DNA of 64,000 nt from the human T2T-CHM13v2.0 reference genome, Homo sapiens. The notes under the pieces were generated by a model that did no database searches, had not been told where the DNA came from, and worked only from the letters and a program-made list of their open reading frames with translations. This document shows, piece after piece, positions 1 through 14,662 of the stretch (the stretch's first letter is position 1; each line of letters opens with the position of its first letter). Where the stretch lies: NCBI RefSeq assembly GCF_009914755.1, contig NC_060935.1; one strand, given 5' to 3'. Both the position numbers and the translations under genes were made by a program.

Positions 1-927
1 CTGATTTTCCCTTGACAATATATTCCTAATGCCAGAGGTCAAGGCTTTTATTAAGCCATTCTGAACTTGCCTTCAAGTGGTTAATGAAAGATCCCTAGAG
101 CACAGCTTTGACCTTAGCCTGCGTTGCATTTTATTTAATTGAATTGTATTTTGCTCCCTTCCTTTGTTTCTCTAGGCTCCAACCAGAGAAGGAAGCCAAT
201 TGAACTCCTGGGATATATTAATTACATGTTTTATTTGACGATGTTTTGGTTTTCCATTATGTTCTTGTCATCTTTTTATTGTTCTATACCACAAAACGTC
301 ACATGGACTAACTCTCTGGGAGTCTCTTATTTGCATTTAGTGAGGAGAGGACAACCTACCCCAAGTGGGTGGGGAAATTCCTGTATATCAAGTTATAAGG
401 CAGGGGGTTCCCTTTCCACATTCGTAAAGCTACCCCGAGCTCAGGATACCCCCCAGTCAAATGGGTAAATGCTAGACAATTTCCTGTGGGAGACCTGGCC
501 TTCTTGGAAGGAACTGAAATCTGCTGCTAAACAAGAAATCTAGAAATGTTTTGAAAATCTAAACGTGATAAAAATGGAAGAGAGCTTTCTTATTAATAAT
601 GGCACACAGATACACAGACCTTTGTGGTTAACAAACTGTTCACACTTGATACTCCTAATTGTCCTTAAGATAGGCATGGTGAGTACCAAATTCATGTTAC
701 AGAGGAGAGCACGATACTGACAGAACCTGGTGACTTGCTCAAAGCCACACAGTCTATTCTGCAGTAGAGCTGGGACAAGTCTTATGCTATTTACGCTGCT
801 TTCTTTCCATTTATCTATAGTAAAATCATCAACCAGAGTTTGCTGACCTATCAGGTGGCACAGTACAGACTGCTCTAAGCTGTGGTTGTCAAAGGTGTTA
901 GATCTACAGAATTAAATTGCATACCTG

Positions 928-1775
928 TGAACAGACACTTTTCAAAAGAAGACACACATGCAACCAACAATCATGAAAAAGAGCTGAACATCACTGATTA
1001 ATAAAGAAACGCAAATCAAAACCACAATGAGATACCAACTCACACCAGTCAGAAGGGCTATTATTAAAAAATCAAAGAACAACAGATGCTGGTGAGGTTG
1101 CAGAGAAAAATGAAAACTTATACATTGTTGATGGGTGTATAAATTAGTTGAAACATTGAGGAAGACAGTGTGGCAATTCTTTAAAGACCTAAAAACCGAA
1201 CTGCAATCCCATTACTGAGTATATACCCAAAGGAATATAAATTGTTCTATCATAAAGACATATGCATGCATATGTTTGTTGCGGAACTACTCACAATAGC
1301 AAAGACATGGAATCAACCTAAGTTACCATTGACAGTAGACTGGATAAAGAAAATGTGGTACGTATACACCATGGAACACTATGCAGCCACAAAAAAGAAC
1401 AAGATCATGATATTTTCAGAAACACAGATGGAGCTATAAGCCATTATTCTTAGCAAACTAATGCACGAACAGAAAACCAAATACCACATGTTCTCACTTA
1501 TAAGAGGGAGATAAATGATGAGAACTCATGGACACACAAAGGGGAACAAAACACACAGGGGCCTATTGGAATGTGGATCAGGAAAAATAACTAAAAAAAG
1601 GGGAACAAAACACACAGGGGCCTATTGGAGTGTGGATCAGGAAAAATAACTAATGGGTACTACAGTTAATACTTGGGTAATGAATGTATCTGTACAACAA
1701 AACCCATGACACAAGTTTACCTATATAACAAACGTGCACAAGTAACAGAGAACTTAAAATAAGTTAAATTTAAAA
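928..1775 (+). mobile_element. 5'-truncated old primate L1 (L1PA13-16/L1PB-like): ORF2 C-terminal remnant and 3'UTR
   Basis: L1 3' sequence (gaacagacacttttcaaaagaagac...tgtacaacaaaacccatgacacaagtttacctatataac). ORF 1242-1439 has 'TIAKTWNQPK...WIKKMWY'. Degenerate TSD aaattgcatacctg (914-927) / aaactgcatgtctg (just after the A-rich tail). Confidence 0.9.
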
Positions 1776-2049
1776 AAACTGCATGTCTGAATCCATTTTA
1801 TTTCTTTCCCTCACTTACACAAACAGCATTTTTCCCTTACCTCCAAAATCACTCTAGTATATATTGATACTTCACCAAACTACTCTTCACTCCACAAATA
1901 GACCATGCCATCTATATATGGCTACCACTTTATTCATATTGCTCTTTTCACTGGATTGCTCCTTCCACACCCTATCTGTCCTAAAGCCTCTTTTGCTTCT
2001 CTGTCTGTGTGCTTTACAGTTTGTTGCTTCTTCCTTAAAACACTCATAG

Positions 2050-2150
2050 TATAATGTTTAATCATGAATTTGTGTAATTGAGATAATGGATCTAAAAAGC
2101 TAGTGCAGAGTAGAGGACATTGTGTGTGTTCAGTTAAGTGTTAGCTATGA
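2050..2150 (+). mobile_element. MIR 3' fragment
   Basis: aattgagataatgg...taagtgttagctatgatgat resembles the MIR 3' end; boundaries approximate. Confidence 0.5.
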
Positions 2151-2441
2151 TGATGACGATGATAAAGATGAGGATAATGATGTATTTTCTATTAGTCTCC
2201 TAACTAAAGTTTTGTATTTAGCACAACACATGTCACATGGTAAGAAATCAGATGTTTTTATTTAATTTGCGGGGTTATTTATACTGGTAGTTTATAGATA
2301 GAAATGAAGGCAATCTTTATATTAGTCTAGAATGGGAAATGACAGCATAGATATAAAACCACAGCAATGATAATTTTAAAATGGTGTAGTTGAATCACAA
2401 ACATAGTGTGTATGAGTTTGAAACTACCTTAGCATCTAGTC

Positions 2442-2616
2442 GAGTGGTTTTTGAAGTGTGGGGCCCGAACTAGTAGCAGCACCTCAGAACTTATTAGAGA
2501 TGGAAACTCCAACCATATTCAATATTTACTGAATCAGGAACTCTGGGAATAGGATCTAGAATTACATTGTTTCTGCAAGTCCTGTAGGTGATTGTGATAA
2601 AATTGGAGAATGACTG
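2442..2616. mobile_element. MER5A (hAT-Charlie MITE) inserted in a minus-strand MIR
   Basis: Termini gagtggtttttgaagtgtgg...ttggagaatgactg and internal actgaatcaggaactctggg. Perfect 8-bp TSD ATCTAGTC at 2434-2441 and 2617-2624, typical of hAT. MIR-like sequence continues to ~2725. Confidence 0.85.
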
Positions 2617-2919
2617 ATCTAGTCCAATCATCATCTAGCTTAACACTTGAGAAAAGTAAGGCACAAAGGTCAAATGAGTCTGCCAAAGTCACATACCTTG
2701 TTAATGGCAGACATGAGGCTAGAGTTGTGATCACATGACTACATTACCTTTATATTTCTTCTCATTGCTTTAAAAAATTCTTACTGTGTTTCTTTATTCA
2801 GTTAATAGCAATATAATTATATTAAAAGTTTTGCTGTAGCCAGCAATACACACTATCATAGCAGAAAGCCTTAGTACCAGGACACCAGAACTTGTATTCT
2901 GGCTTGTCCAATTACTGTC

Positions 2920-3355
2920 TGTACAGCTATCTGAGGCAGCCCTTCAGAAGAAAACCTGTGGTGCCGAGTGCAGTCAATTGATGGCCTCAGCTGCAGCATC
3001 TCTGGGACCTGCCTCAAGATGAGAGCTAAAAACGTGGCTCCCAGTCAGTGCCTGAGCGTGGCAGGGGTCCTAGGGCCTGGCCATTTCTATGCAATGTGAG
3101 ACTCCTCCAACTGTCCATCTGTCCTTGGGAGCTCCTGTTGGGCTAGCTGCAACTCTCAGGGCTGCTCATCACCCGAGGCTGGCTCTTCTTTTCCTCCATC
3201 CTCTCACACTGCCAGAGTTACACCATGGGCTGAAGGCTTTCTGTGTCTTACTTTGCTCTCTCCCCTGTGTTTTTCAGAGAGGTTGGCCCTATCAAATCTC
3301 TGCTACTTCTAACTGTACCGTGGCTCCTGATTCCAGGATGACCTGAAGTGACACA
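2920..3355 (+). mobile_element. ERVL solo LTR, LTR41/LTR33-like
   Basis: tgagcgtggcaggggtcctagggcctggccatttct, and 3' end gacctgaagtgacaca; 5' boundary approximate. Confidence 0.55.
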
Positions 3356-3509
3356 CTACTCTCCTTGAGCCTCAGTTTCTAGATGAGTAAAACGAGGTTT
3401 CAGGAGTTCATTGCTAATACAGAACTGGGAAATGATAAATGGTTTCTCTGTTATTGGTAGTAGCAAGAGCATCAGTGTCACAAGGTCATTATGGTCATGG
3501 AAGACATTG

Positions 3510-3884
3510 GTGTAAGTGTGTGTGTCAGAGACACCTGTTGCTTATGGAATATCCAAGTGACCACCCATGCCTCCAGCCCAGGTGGAGCCATGTGACAAAT
3601 TCTGGCCAATATGCTATGAGCAGAAGTGATACATTTTCAATTCAGTCTAAAACACAAAAGAATAAATGTCTCCTAAGGCTGGCACAGCAAACCCCAAAGA
3701 CACGTGTTTAGGATGATGGAGCCTTCATCAGCCTGTGATTTGTGAGCTAATGCGGAACCCAGCCCCCAGCTCACTCACACTGAAAATGTCTCACAACAAG
3801 AAATAAAGCTTTAGTGTGTTAAGCACTGGGATTTCAGGATTAATTTGTTACCACAGCCTAAACTATCCTATCCTAACTGAAACA
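3510..3884 (+). mobile_element. MLT1-family (MaLR) solo LTR
   Basis: gccatgtgacaaattctggccaat...gagcagaagtga; AATAAA followed by tgtgttaagcactgggatttc...tttgttaccacagc...aactgaaaca. Confidence 0.7.
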
Positions 3885-4059
3885 ATATGTTTGGTAAAAC
3901 AGACAGCACAATGAAAAAAATACATTTTCATTTTTAACTGTTCATTTTCAGGCATTCTTTTTGGTTGTACTTGGAAGAAACCATATCATCATAGAGAAAA
4001 GATGAAGATATAATTCAGAGACAGAAGAACAATGGAACTTGACTTAGAAATAAAATCCT

Positions 4060-4806
<747 letters not shown>

Positions 4807-4843
4807 ATCCTCAATATTAAGATAGAAAAATGTAGTCATTTTG

Positions 4844-7054
4844 CAAAATTCAGCAGCCCTTCATGCAAAAAACTCTCAATAAACTAGGTATCGATGGGAT
4901 GTATCTCAAAATAATAAGAGCTATTTATGACAAACCCACAGCCAATATCATACTGAATGGGCAAAAAGTGGGAGCATTCCCTTCGAAAACTGGCATAAGA
5001 CAGGGATGCCCTCTCTCAACACTCCTATTCAACATAGGTTTGGAAGTTCTGGCCAGGGCAATCAGGCAGGAGAAAGAAATAAAAGGTATTCAATTAGGGA
5101 AAGAGGAAGTCAAATTGTCCCTGTTTGCAGATGACATGATTGTATATTTAGAAAACCCCATTGTCTCAGCCCAAAATCTCAAGCTGATAAGCAACTTCAG
5201 CAAAGTCTCAGGATACAAAATCCACTTGCAAAAATCACAAGCATTCCTACGCACCAATAACAGACAGAGAGCCAAATCATGAGTGAACTCCCATTCACAA
5301 TTACTTCAAAGAGAATAAAATACCTAAGAATCAAACGTACAAAGGATGTGAAGGACCTCTTCAAGGAAAACTACAAAATACTGCTCAATGAAATAAAAGA
5401 GGACACAAACAAATGGAAGAACATCCCATGCTCATGGATAGGAAGAATCAATATCGTGAAAATGGCCACATTGCCCAAGGTAATTTATAGATTCAATGGC
5501 ATCCCCATCAAGCTACCAATGACTTTCTTCACAGAATTGGAAAAAACTACTTTAAAGTTCATATGGAACCAAAAAAGAGCCCACATTGCCAAGACAATCC
5601 TAAGCAAAAAGAACAAAGCTGGAGGCATCATGCTACCTGACTTCAAACTATACTACAAGGCTACAGTAACCAAAACAGCATGGTACTGGTACCAAAACAG
5701 AGATATAGAACAATGGAATAGAACAGAGCCCTCAGAAATAATACCACACATCTGCAACCATCTGATCTTTGACAAATGACAAAAACAAGAAATGGGGAAA
5801 GGATTCTCTATCTAATAAATGGTGCTGGGAAAACTGGCTAGCCATATGTAGAAAGCTAAAACTGGATCCCTTCCTTACACCATATACAAAAATTAATTCA
5901 AGATGGATTAAAGACTTAAATGTTAGACCTAAAACCATAAAAACCCTAGAAGAAAACCTAGGCAATACCATTCTGGACATAGGCATGGGCAAGGACTTCA
6001 TGACTAAAACACCAAAAGCAATGGCAACAGAAGCCAAAATAGACAAATGGGATCTAATTAAACTAAAGAACTTCTGCACAGCAAAAGAAACTACCATAAG
6101 AGTGAACAGGAAACCTACAGAATGGAAGAAAATTTTTGCAATCTACTCATCTGACAAAGGGCTAATATTCAGAATCTACAAAGAACTTAAACACATTTAC
6201 AAGAAAAAATCAAACAACCCCATCAAAAAGTGGGTGAAGGATATGAACAGACACTTCTCAAAAGAAGACATTTATGCAGCCAAAAGACACATGAAAAAAT
6301 GCTCATCATCACTGGCCATCAGAGAAATGCAAATCAAAACCACAATGAGATACCATCTCACACCAGTTAGAATGGCAATCATTAAAAAGTCAGGAAACAA
6401 TAGGTACTGGAGAGGATGTGGAGAAATAGGAACACTTTTACACTGTTGGTGGGACTGTAAACTAGTTCAACCATTGTGGAAGACAGTGTGGTGATTCCTC
6501 AAGAATCTAGAACTAGAAATACCATTTGACCCAGCCATCCCATTACTGGGTATATACCCAAAGGATTATAAATCATGCTGCTATAAAGACACATGCACAC
6601 GTATGTTTATTGCGGCACTATTCACAATAGCAAAGACTTGGAACCAACCCAAATGTCCATCAATGATAGACTAGATTAACAAAATGTGGCACATATACAC
6701 CATGTAATACTATGCAGCCATAAAAAATGATGAGTTCATGTCCTTTGTAGGGACATGGATGAAGCTAGAAACCATCATTCTGAGCAAACTATCACAAGGA
6801 CAGAAAACCAAACACCGCATATTCTCACTCATAGGTGGGAATTGAACAGTAAGAACACTTGGGCACAGGGTGGGGAACATCACACACCAGGGCCTGTCGT
6901 GGGGTGGGGGAGGGGGAGATATAGCATTAGGAGAAATACCCAATGTAAATGATGAGTTAATGGGTGCAGCACACCAACATGGCACATGTATACATATGTA
7001 ACAAACCTGCACATTGTGCACATGTACCCTAGAACTTAAAGTATAATAATAAAA
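4844..7054 (+). mobile_element. 5'-truncated L1PA (L1PA5-like), ~2.2 kb
   Basis: Perfect 18-bp TSD aaaaatgtagtcattttg at 4826-4843 and 7055-7072; canonical L1PA 3'UTR (gtaccctagaacttaaagtataat). Confidence 0.97.
4863..6494 (+). pseudogene. Frameshifted L1 ORF2p (RT C-terminal part and Cys-rich domain)
   Basis: Three ORF pieces in different frames (4863-5282, 5279-5779, 5769-6494) with [13 protein letters not shown] and '[17 protein letters not shown]'. Confidence 0.93.
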
Positions 7055-8529
7055 AAAAATGTAGTCATTTTGAGGGGAAGGATAAGTTAGACAAGTCATA
7101 TCCCTCCATGAACTACATAATCAAATTATACAGTGGAAGGTAGTTTTTTTTCTATATTAATTTGCTTTAGGGTGACTAATCAGTATTATTCAGATTCTTT
7201 ATTTTTCTAGTGCAATAAAACTAGAACAGAACATATCTAAAGTGAGGCTGCTTTCTGTGTAAGTGGCTTGTACTCACTGGGGATGGCTCAGTATGCAGCT
7301 ATTGAGAACAGCTTGTGCTGGCCTTTTTGATAGCTGGAATGCAAGTCAGCTGGTGATTTAGCTCTTCTAGTTCTTAGAAGACAACCAGCCTCCAAGCGGG
7401 GCTGGCAATGGCCAGTCAGTCAGAATAGGGGAGAGTGAAAAAGTTGAAACAGGTCTGGGCAAGGGACAGATTTCAAGACTGGATGACGTTTGAAATTTCA
7501 TTGCCGTCAGACAAATGGCAATTAGCAGAATATGTCCATGTGCTGCCTTTCCAGGGATAAGATTTCAATGAGAAATACCTTGGAGGAAGCCAATATTTTG
7601 GATTTGGAAGTAGGGAAGGAATGCTTCTCTGACTCTGGACAGAGAGAATCAAAACATAGAACTTGGAGCTTCTACCTGACATAACCTAGAAAGGTATTTT
7701 ATATAGCTACTACCTTTTAACTACTCTTGGGTGCTCATAACACTGGAGCAAGTGATACTAGGTCACTCACTTTGTGGTTTGCCATAAATTAAGGAATGGT
7801 GCAGCTATCCTTATGGCAAAAGTGGAGAAGGGGTGAGTTCAAGGGCCCTGAAAGCAAACTGTACTCCAGGAAGAAATCTCCAACTAAAACAGAGATGTAG
7901 GAAATTTTCATACAATGAAATGATAGTAGAATGAGGGTAACTGTAAATCTCACAGTATTTTAAAGTTACAAGTTGGTACTGAATCTAGTTTCAGAGGAGC
8001 TTCATATAAAATATGTAACATCTTGTCTGGATACAGATTTCACATAATCTTACATCTTAGGAAAGAGTTGCTTCTAACAACCTTCTCCCTTACTTCTTCC
8101 CTCCCTTTGTCACTTCTTTCCTTCTTGCTGTATTTGTGAGTCTGCACAGTTGTCTATTGATGTGTTTCTGTACTAAAGTCACTGGATAATTTGGCCAACC
8201 TATGAAATTGGAAGAATAAAATGACAGGTGGTTTTGCTATATTAGAAGTAAAACAAAACAAAAAATTAAAATAAAACTAAAACTTAAGGATTAGTTGTCA
8301 CTTTTTTTTTTTTTGTTTGTTTGTTTTTTGGTACTATTGACTCTTAACCTTAGAAGTTAGAAAAACCACGCCTAGCTCACAACTCTTCCATTAACTTTCT
8401 GGGCAACTGGACTTTCAGATGCAGAGTTAACCAAAATTTGCTCTGCACTTTCTATATATGTGCCCGGCATTAATCTAGGTGCTTGGAAGTATGCCATTTT
8501 ACTTCATTGTCATAAATTTACAAAGAGCT

Positions 8530-8659
8530 TAGAATAACTATATGTTTTGGTTTGCCTGGGACAGTCCCAGTATCTATTTCCCACCATCCTATCCAGGTGG
8601 CACCTCTTTTCACTCTTGAAAGTCTCATAGTTTGGAAAAGGAATGTCCTAGTCATCTTA
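8530..8659. mobile_element. MER94-like hAT-Blackjack MITE
   Basis: tggtttgcctgggacagtccc...ttcactcttgaaagt...agtttgga...gtcatctta matches the remembered MER94 layout. Confidence 0.6.
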
Positions 8660-9277
8660 CATAGGGTAGGTATTACTGTAACATTCTCTTTATAGGCCTT
8701 TCTGGGTCTTCATTTTCTCACTGATAAAAACTGGATGCTTAAGTAAGACATTGGATGCTTAAGACGTTACTATCTATGATTTCTTGCACATTCATAGATT
8801 TCTTTGCATCAAAGTTTTCTATCTGCTTTAAGTGTCTAAAAATGCAAAGATTCTGCCCCAGCAACCTGTCAACACTGAAAAGGAGAGAAAGAATTCACCA
8901 CTTCGGTAGAAGAAATAGAATTTCTAGAGAGAAAAGGAGAGTGAAAAGAATGCCTAATTAATGTACATGTGTGAACGATGCAAGACTGTCTATTCAATCA
9001 CCAACAGTTTATAAAAGATATGCAGAGAAGAGGGGATATACCAAGAAAAATGGGGTGATATAAATTCCTAAAATAATTTGATGATATCTGTTTTGTAATA
9101 ACATGGTAAGTTCTAGTATATTTCAATTTAGAATCATTGCAACAATGAAGAATTATGAACTGTTTCAGTTATAGGTTACTCGTCTTGTATTATAGGGCTT
9201 AAAAATATATACATTTGCAAATGTCATATCAAGAACATAGTTTTCACTTTACCCACAGGCAGCCTCCTGGGTAATAT

Positions 9278-9480
9278 GTTATGGTGAAAAAAGCATGGGT
9301 TTTAAAATAAAACATTTAAGTTTTAATCCTGGCTCTGCCAGAATTAAAATGTGTGCTGCTTACTCTTTCTTTAAGACTCAGTTTCTTTATTCATAAAATA
9401 AGAATAACAATCTGAATGTACAGGATAATGCTGAAAATTCAGTGAGGTAGTGCTGGCGCATTGTAATCCCTGAGCAACTA
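9278..9480 (+). mobile_element. MIR
   Basis: aatcctggctctgcca...ctcagtttctttattcataaaataagaataaca. Confidence 0.6.
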
Positions 9481-10667
9481 TTAATTCATTCCTTTTCCCC
9501 AACCTGCTCCCAAAGAGGCTCCCATAAGAAATGCATCAAATATGTATTGTGTTGCAGGATAATCAGACACCGATAAGAAATGTATCAAATATGTATTGCA
9601 GAATAAAGCATGTCGTTATAAACCTAAATCTCTCATGTTTCAATGGCCACGCAAATACCAGTAGGAGGGATTTCATCTGATAATGGCTTTATGATTAGCA
9701 GCAAGTAGTGGCTTGGTTTTTGGCTCTGCCTTACATTAAAGTTCTTTAGAGTAAAGTCTCTGTCTTCTACAAGGCTGTCCATAAGTCTGTTGATCCTCCA
9801 AGGTGGAACATGTTCTCTTTTCAGAAGGTGCTTAATAAAGTCAATCTGTCATCAGTTCTCCAAGTTCAAAATATCTTCCCAAATGGAATTTACATGCCTT
9901 TCAAGAAAAGAGAAGGCTAGGATCAGATCTCACCTGTGGTATCGAGTTCTGTTCTGGATTCCATACTTTAAAAATGCCACATGTGTAGTCTTGGGATTAA
10001 TGGGCCTGAAATGATTAGAGGGTAAAATCTTGAGCAGCTGTAGGCAGGAAGTATGTTTAGAAGTGTTTTGGATAAATGTTTTTCTGATGGGAGCACATTT
10101 TTTAACCTAAAAATGGCCAATTCTGGCTGAAAATAAGGAGAATATTCCTCCCTTCTGGAAATACAATACAGATAGAACAAAGAGTCAGGCATCTGAGGGA
10201 GAGACAGACAGACACAGAGACAGAAAAATGCAGAGGCACTTAGGGAGAACAAACCATTGCCAGAATAAAAGGTAATTGGTAGCAGACACTTCATAATACA
10301 TATACAAAGAAGTATTTCTCTATGACCACAACTAACAAAGTCTTGCTATTCAAGCAAGTGTTAAACAGTTGCATCACAGAGACTGAAACCTTCTTTCACA
10401 GTTTTTGGCATCTGTGAACATCGTAAACCCAATGCAGAATTACCTAGAGCAACAAAAACAATAACGTGAGAAATCTGAGTAATAGTGGCTCCAATAGCTG
10501 TCTTGATGAGAGGATGGCCCTAAACTTTCCAGAATCTCCCTCACCTTCCAAAGCTACCCTAAATAAAAATAATCACTTCTAATATTGACAATGGGTCATC
10601 TCTTAATCTTAGGTGCTCTATGTGTAAAAGTATCTTTAGAGAACTTCTTTTACTCACACATCACCCA

Positions 10668-11632
10668 AGACAACCCACAGTGTGGGAGAAAATATTTGCA
10701 AACTAGGCATCCAACAAAAGACTATTATCCAGAATCTACAAGAAACTCAAATGAGTCAGCAAGAAAAAAAAAAAACCCACACACACCAAAAAGTGGGCTA
10801 AGGACATAGACAATTCTCAAAAGAAGATATACAAATGTCCAACAAACCAATGAAAAAATGCTCAACATCACTATTAATAATTATCAGGGAAACACAAATC
10901 AAAACTACAATGTGAAACCACATTACTCCTGCAAAAAATGGCCATAATTTAAAATCCAAATAACAATAGATGTTGGCATGGATGTGGTGAAAAGGGAACA
11001 CTTTTACACTGCTGGTGGGAAGGTAAACTAGTATAACCACTACGAAAAACAGTATGGAGATTCCTTAAAGAACTAAACATAGAACTACCATTTGATACAG
11101 CAATCCCACTACTCAGTATCTACCCAGAGGAAAAGAAGTCATTATATGAAAAAGACACTTGCACATGTTTTCTATAGCAGCACAATTCACAATTGCAAGG
11201 ATATGGAACTAGACCAAATGCCCATCAACCAAGTGTATAAAGAAAATGTGGTATGTATTTATACACCATGGAATACTACTCAGCCATAAAAAAGAATGGA
11301 AGAATGGCATTCACAGCAACCTGGATGGAGTTGGAGACCATTATTCTAAGTGAAGTAACTCAGGAATGGAAAGCCAAACATCCTATGGTCTCACTTATAA
11401 CTGGGAGCTAAATTATGAGAATGCAAAGGCATAAGAATGATGTAACGGACTCTGGGGGAATGGGGGGAAAGGGTGGGAGGCGATGAGGAATAGAGAACTA
11501 CACATTGGGTGCAGTGTACACTGCTCAGGTGATGGGTGCACCAATCTCAGAAATCACCACTAAAGAACTTATCCATGTAACAGAACACCACCTATTTTCC
11601 AAAAGCTATTGGAATAATAATAATAACAAAAG
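10668..11632 (+). mobile_element. L1PB-family 3' fragment
   Basis: gacaacccacagtgtgggagaaaatatttgcaaac...gtacactgctcaggtgatgggtgcacc...aaatcaccactaaagaacttatccatgtaac, then an (AAT)n tail. Confidence 0.9.
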
Positions 11633-13569
11633 AAAACCTCACTACCTTAACTGATTTGTCATGTATAATATAGGCAAAAATAATTCCTATGCAGAGTTTT
11701 AAGAGAAACCCTCTAGTTCCTCTTTCCAACATGATTGCCTCCCCCAATACCCCTGTAGACTGAAACCATCATCAAATCTCCTAGAAAATTCTTCCAGCCT
11801 TTCATAGCATTCCTATGGCTTTGCACCAATATTTAGCGGATGGGAAATTTGAAATTCATATACAAATGTCTATTATTTATTAACAAATATTTACTGAGTA
11901 CTGTCTAGGTGCCAGACACTGACCTTGGTACTGCTTATCACTGCTTTATGGCATATCAATATGTTCATTATCAAATTTATAGAAAATTAAATACTGTTTT
12001 ATTATATTGTATGAATTAAGTCACTCCCGCTTAACATCTTTTATTTTTTTACTTTTCTAAAACCCCATTTACATTTAGAAAGTGTCAGAGATAGCCATTA
12101 CTCATAGTCATTCCTATATGGACTCTCATGCCAAGGGGTGGACATTTCATGGGTAACACCTCTTCCAAAATGTTGCTCACTATGTAACCCAAACACATAG
12201 TGAGATACCAACTAGATGATAAAGGGATTTGAAACCATTTTCTATGATGAATGATGGAAAGAACAGGGGATATTTAGTGCAGAAAGGCAAATGCTTCTTG
12301 GAAGGCAATGAGTTCAAGAATAGACTCGGAAATTGGTAGGGAAAGCATAGGACAGTTCCAAACATCAGATTTAGGCCTGGGCCATAAATCCATCCCAGTT
12401 CCGAGAGGTAATAATTTTAATGAAATAAAATGAACATGAGGAGTAAGACAAAAACCAAGTTCTTTGGGTCACAGAAGATGGAAAATTATAAGATTTAGAG
12501 AGGAAAAGTCATGGGGCTTTAAAAAGATCTTCTGTTAGAGAAGAACAAAATCACGCAGAGATGACAAGGCCAATGTCCCTAGTGAATAATCTCCAAATGC
12601 ATTGGGATTGGGCAGCCAGGCTCTGACACTGTGTAGAAAACAAAGGTAATTTAATACTAAGGAAGAGACATATAGTGGGTCAAATAATATAAAATCTGAG
12701 CACATTAATATTTCTGTCAATTTAACCAAGAATGTTATGGCATATGTGTCGCTGGGAGTGACAGAAGCTATTACTGAAATGAGATTAGAATCTTTTTGAA
12801 ATATCAACAGAAGCATTATAGTCAGTAACATTCCCATATAAAATAGATGACATTGATGCTACACAATCAACATACTAGGGGAATAACATACAGAATTACA
12901 GACTAGATTATTTTGCTCTATCTAGATTATTTTGCTCTATATAGATTTTTTTTTCTCTTTGGAGTTTTTGGTTAGCTGTCAACTCAGTTAGTTTTTCTCA
13001 GCCCCAAGTACAATATCAAATTTATCTAATTTTTAAACAGAAGTGGGGTGAGTATGTTTGGGTTTCCTTTTATTCATCATGACCACCAGGGTTTGAATCG
13101 ATTGGCCAAATCAATGGGTAAATTAACCTGTAAAAATAATTATCAGGCTGGGGGTGGAGGGCTTCTTCTGTCACCTTCACAGGATTGGTCAGGACTGTCT
13201 TGCCCTTTGGCTGGGCCAGTGCAATGTGAGTTCTATGTTCCAAGTTTTACAAACCCCTTAAGAAGCAAAACACAGTAGGAGGATATTTTAATATTGATGT
13301 CTATTTAATCTCATTTTCCCCGTTCTCTAATGATGCAAGCAGCTTCAACAACTTGCTATAGTGCTGTCTTCAAAGTAGAGCTGATGGCAGACGAAGAGTT
13401 AAATGCCTCTCTTTGGAGCTCTTCTGTATATTTGGGTAGATCTAAAGCAGGGAAAAAGTCCTTAAAAGCCGTGTCTTTTATTGCAAGTACCAACTACTTG
13501 AAATAGAATTATTTTACTTCCTTGGCTTTAAATGTGAAAGTGCCAAGGCCTAGAAGATTCAAAACATAG

Positions 13570-14662
13570 TATAGCAAGAACAGATGGGTAATGTAAGCAG
13601 AGATGGAAACTCTGAGAAGATAATCAAAAGAAAATGCTAAGAATAATAAACATTGTAACAGAAATAAGAAATGCCTTTGATCAGTAGACTGGATATGACC
13701 AAGGAAAAAATCAGTGAGCTTGAAGATAGATCATAGAAATTCCCAAAACTGAAATGCAGAGGAAAAAAAATGAAAAAGATGGAACAGAATATACAGGAAC
13801 TGTGGGACAATTTAAAAAGGTGTAACATATGTGTAATAGGAATAACAAAAGGGGAAGAAAGAGAGGAATGAACTGAAGAAATATTGGAAGTAATACTGGC
13901 TGAGAGTTTCCCAAAATTAATAATAGGCTCCAACCACAAATCTAAGAAATTCAGAAAACCACCAAACTTGATAAAGTACAAAAAACCCTACACCTCAGCA
14001 TATCATATTCAAGCTGCAAAAATAAAAAAAAAGAAAAGAAAAACAGACTCTTGAAAGAAGCTAGGGGCTGGGGGGACCCACCTAACCTATAGAGGAATAT
14101 GAATAAGAATTATATCAGACTTCTCTTCACAAACAAGCAAGAAGAGAGTGGAATAAAATATGTAAAGTATTAAAAGAAAGCAAAATACCCAACAAAGTAC
14201 AATTCTTTATGCAATGAAATTATCCTTCAAAAGGAGAGTGAAAGATTTTCTTGGACAAACAAAATTTGAGGGAATTTGTTGCCAGTAGATCTATCTTATA
14301 AGAAAGTTAAAAGTTGTTCTTCAGAGAGAAAGAAAATGATAGAGGTCAGAAACTCAGATCTACATGAAGAAGGAAGAACATTACAAAAGGAATAAATGAA
14401 GGTAAAGTAAAATCTTTCATTTTTCTTATTCTTAATTCATCAAATGATAATAGTTTGTTCAAAATAATAATAGTGACAATGTGTTCAGAGTAGAGCTTGT
14501 CGATAAGTGAAAAAAATGACAATAACATTGTAATAGATGGGAGTTAGGTACTGGGAATCCTCTACTATAAGGTACTTCATCTACTGATGAAGTGGTATAG
14601 TGTTATTTAAAAATGAACTTGGATTAGTCATAAATGCATATTGCATACTCTGAAACAACCAC
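13570..14662 (+). mobile_element. Ancient L1M (L1MC/MD-like) ORF1/inter-ORF fragment
   Basis: A-rich degenerate ORF1-like sequence (aatgcctttgat...atcagtgagcttgaagatag...ctgtgggacaatttaaaaaggtgtaacata...gaatttgttgccagtaga). Confidence 0.75.

Noticed and set aside
139-468. 109-aa ORF and acceptor-like site at ~175
   Set aside because: It has a non-ATG start, no recognisable domain and no convincing paired splice signals.
4863-6494. L1 ORF2 as an active reverse transcriptase gene
   Set aside because: It is 5'-truncated (no promoter, ORF1 or endonuclease) and split by frameshifts.
9523-9601. Local duplication ataagaaatg[c/t]atcaaatatgtattg (period 50); similar small duplications near 8733, 12903 and 39105
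   Set aside because: These are ordinary short slippage duplications with no further structure.
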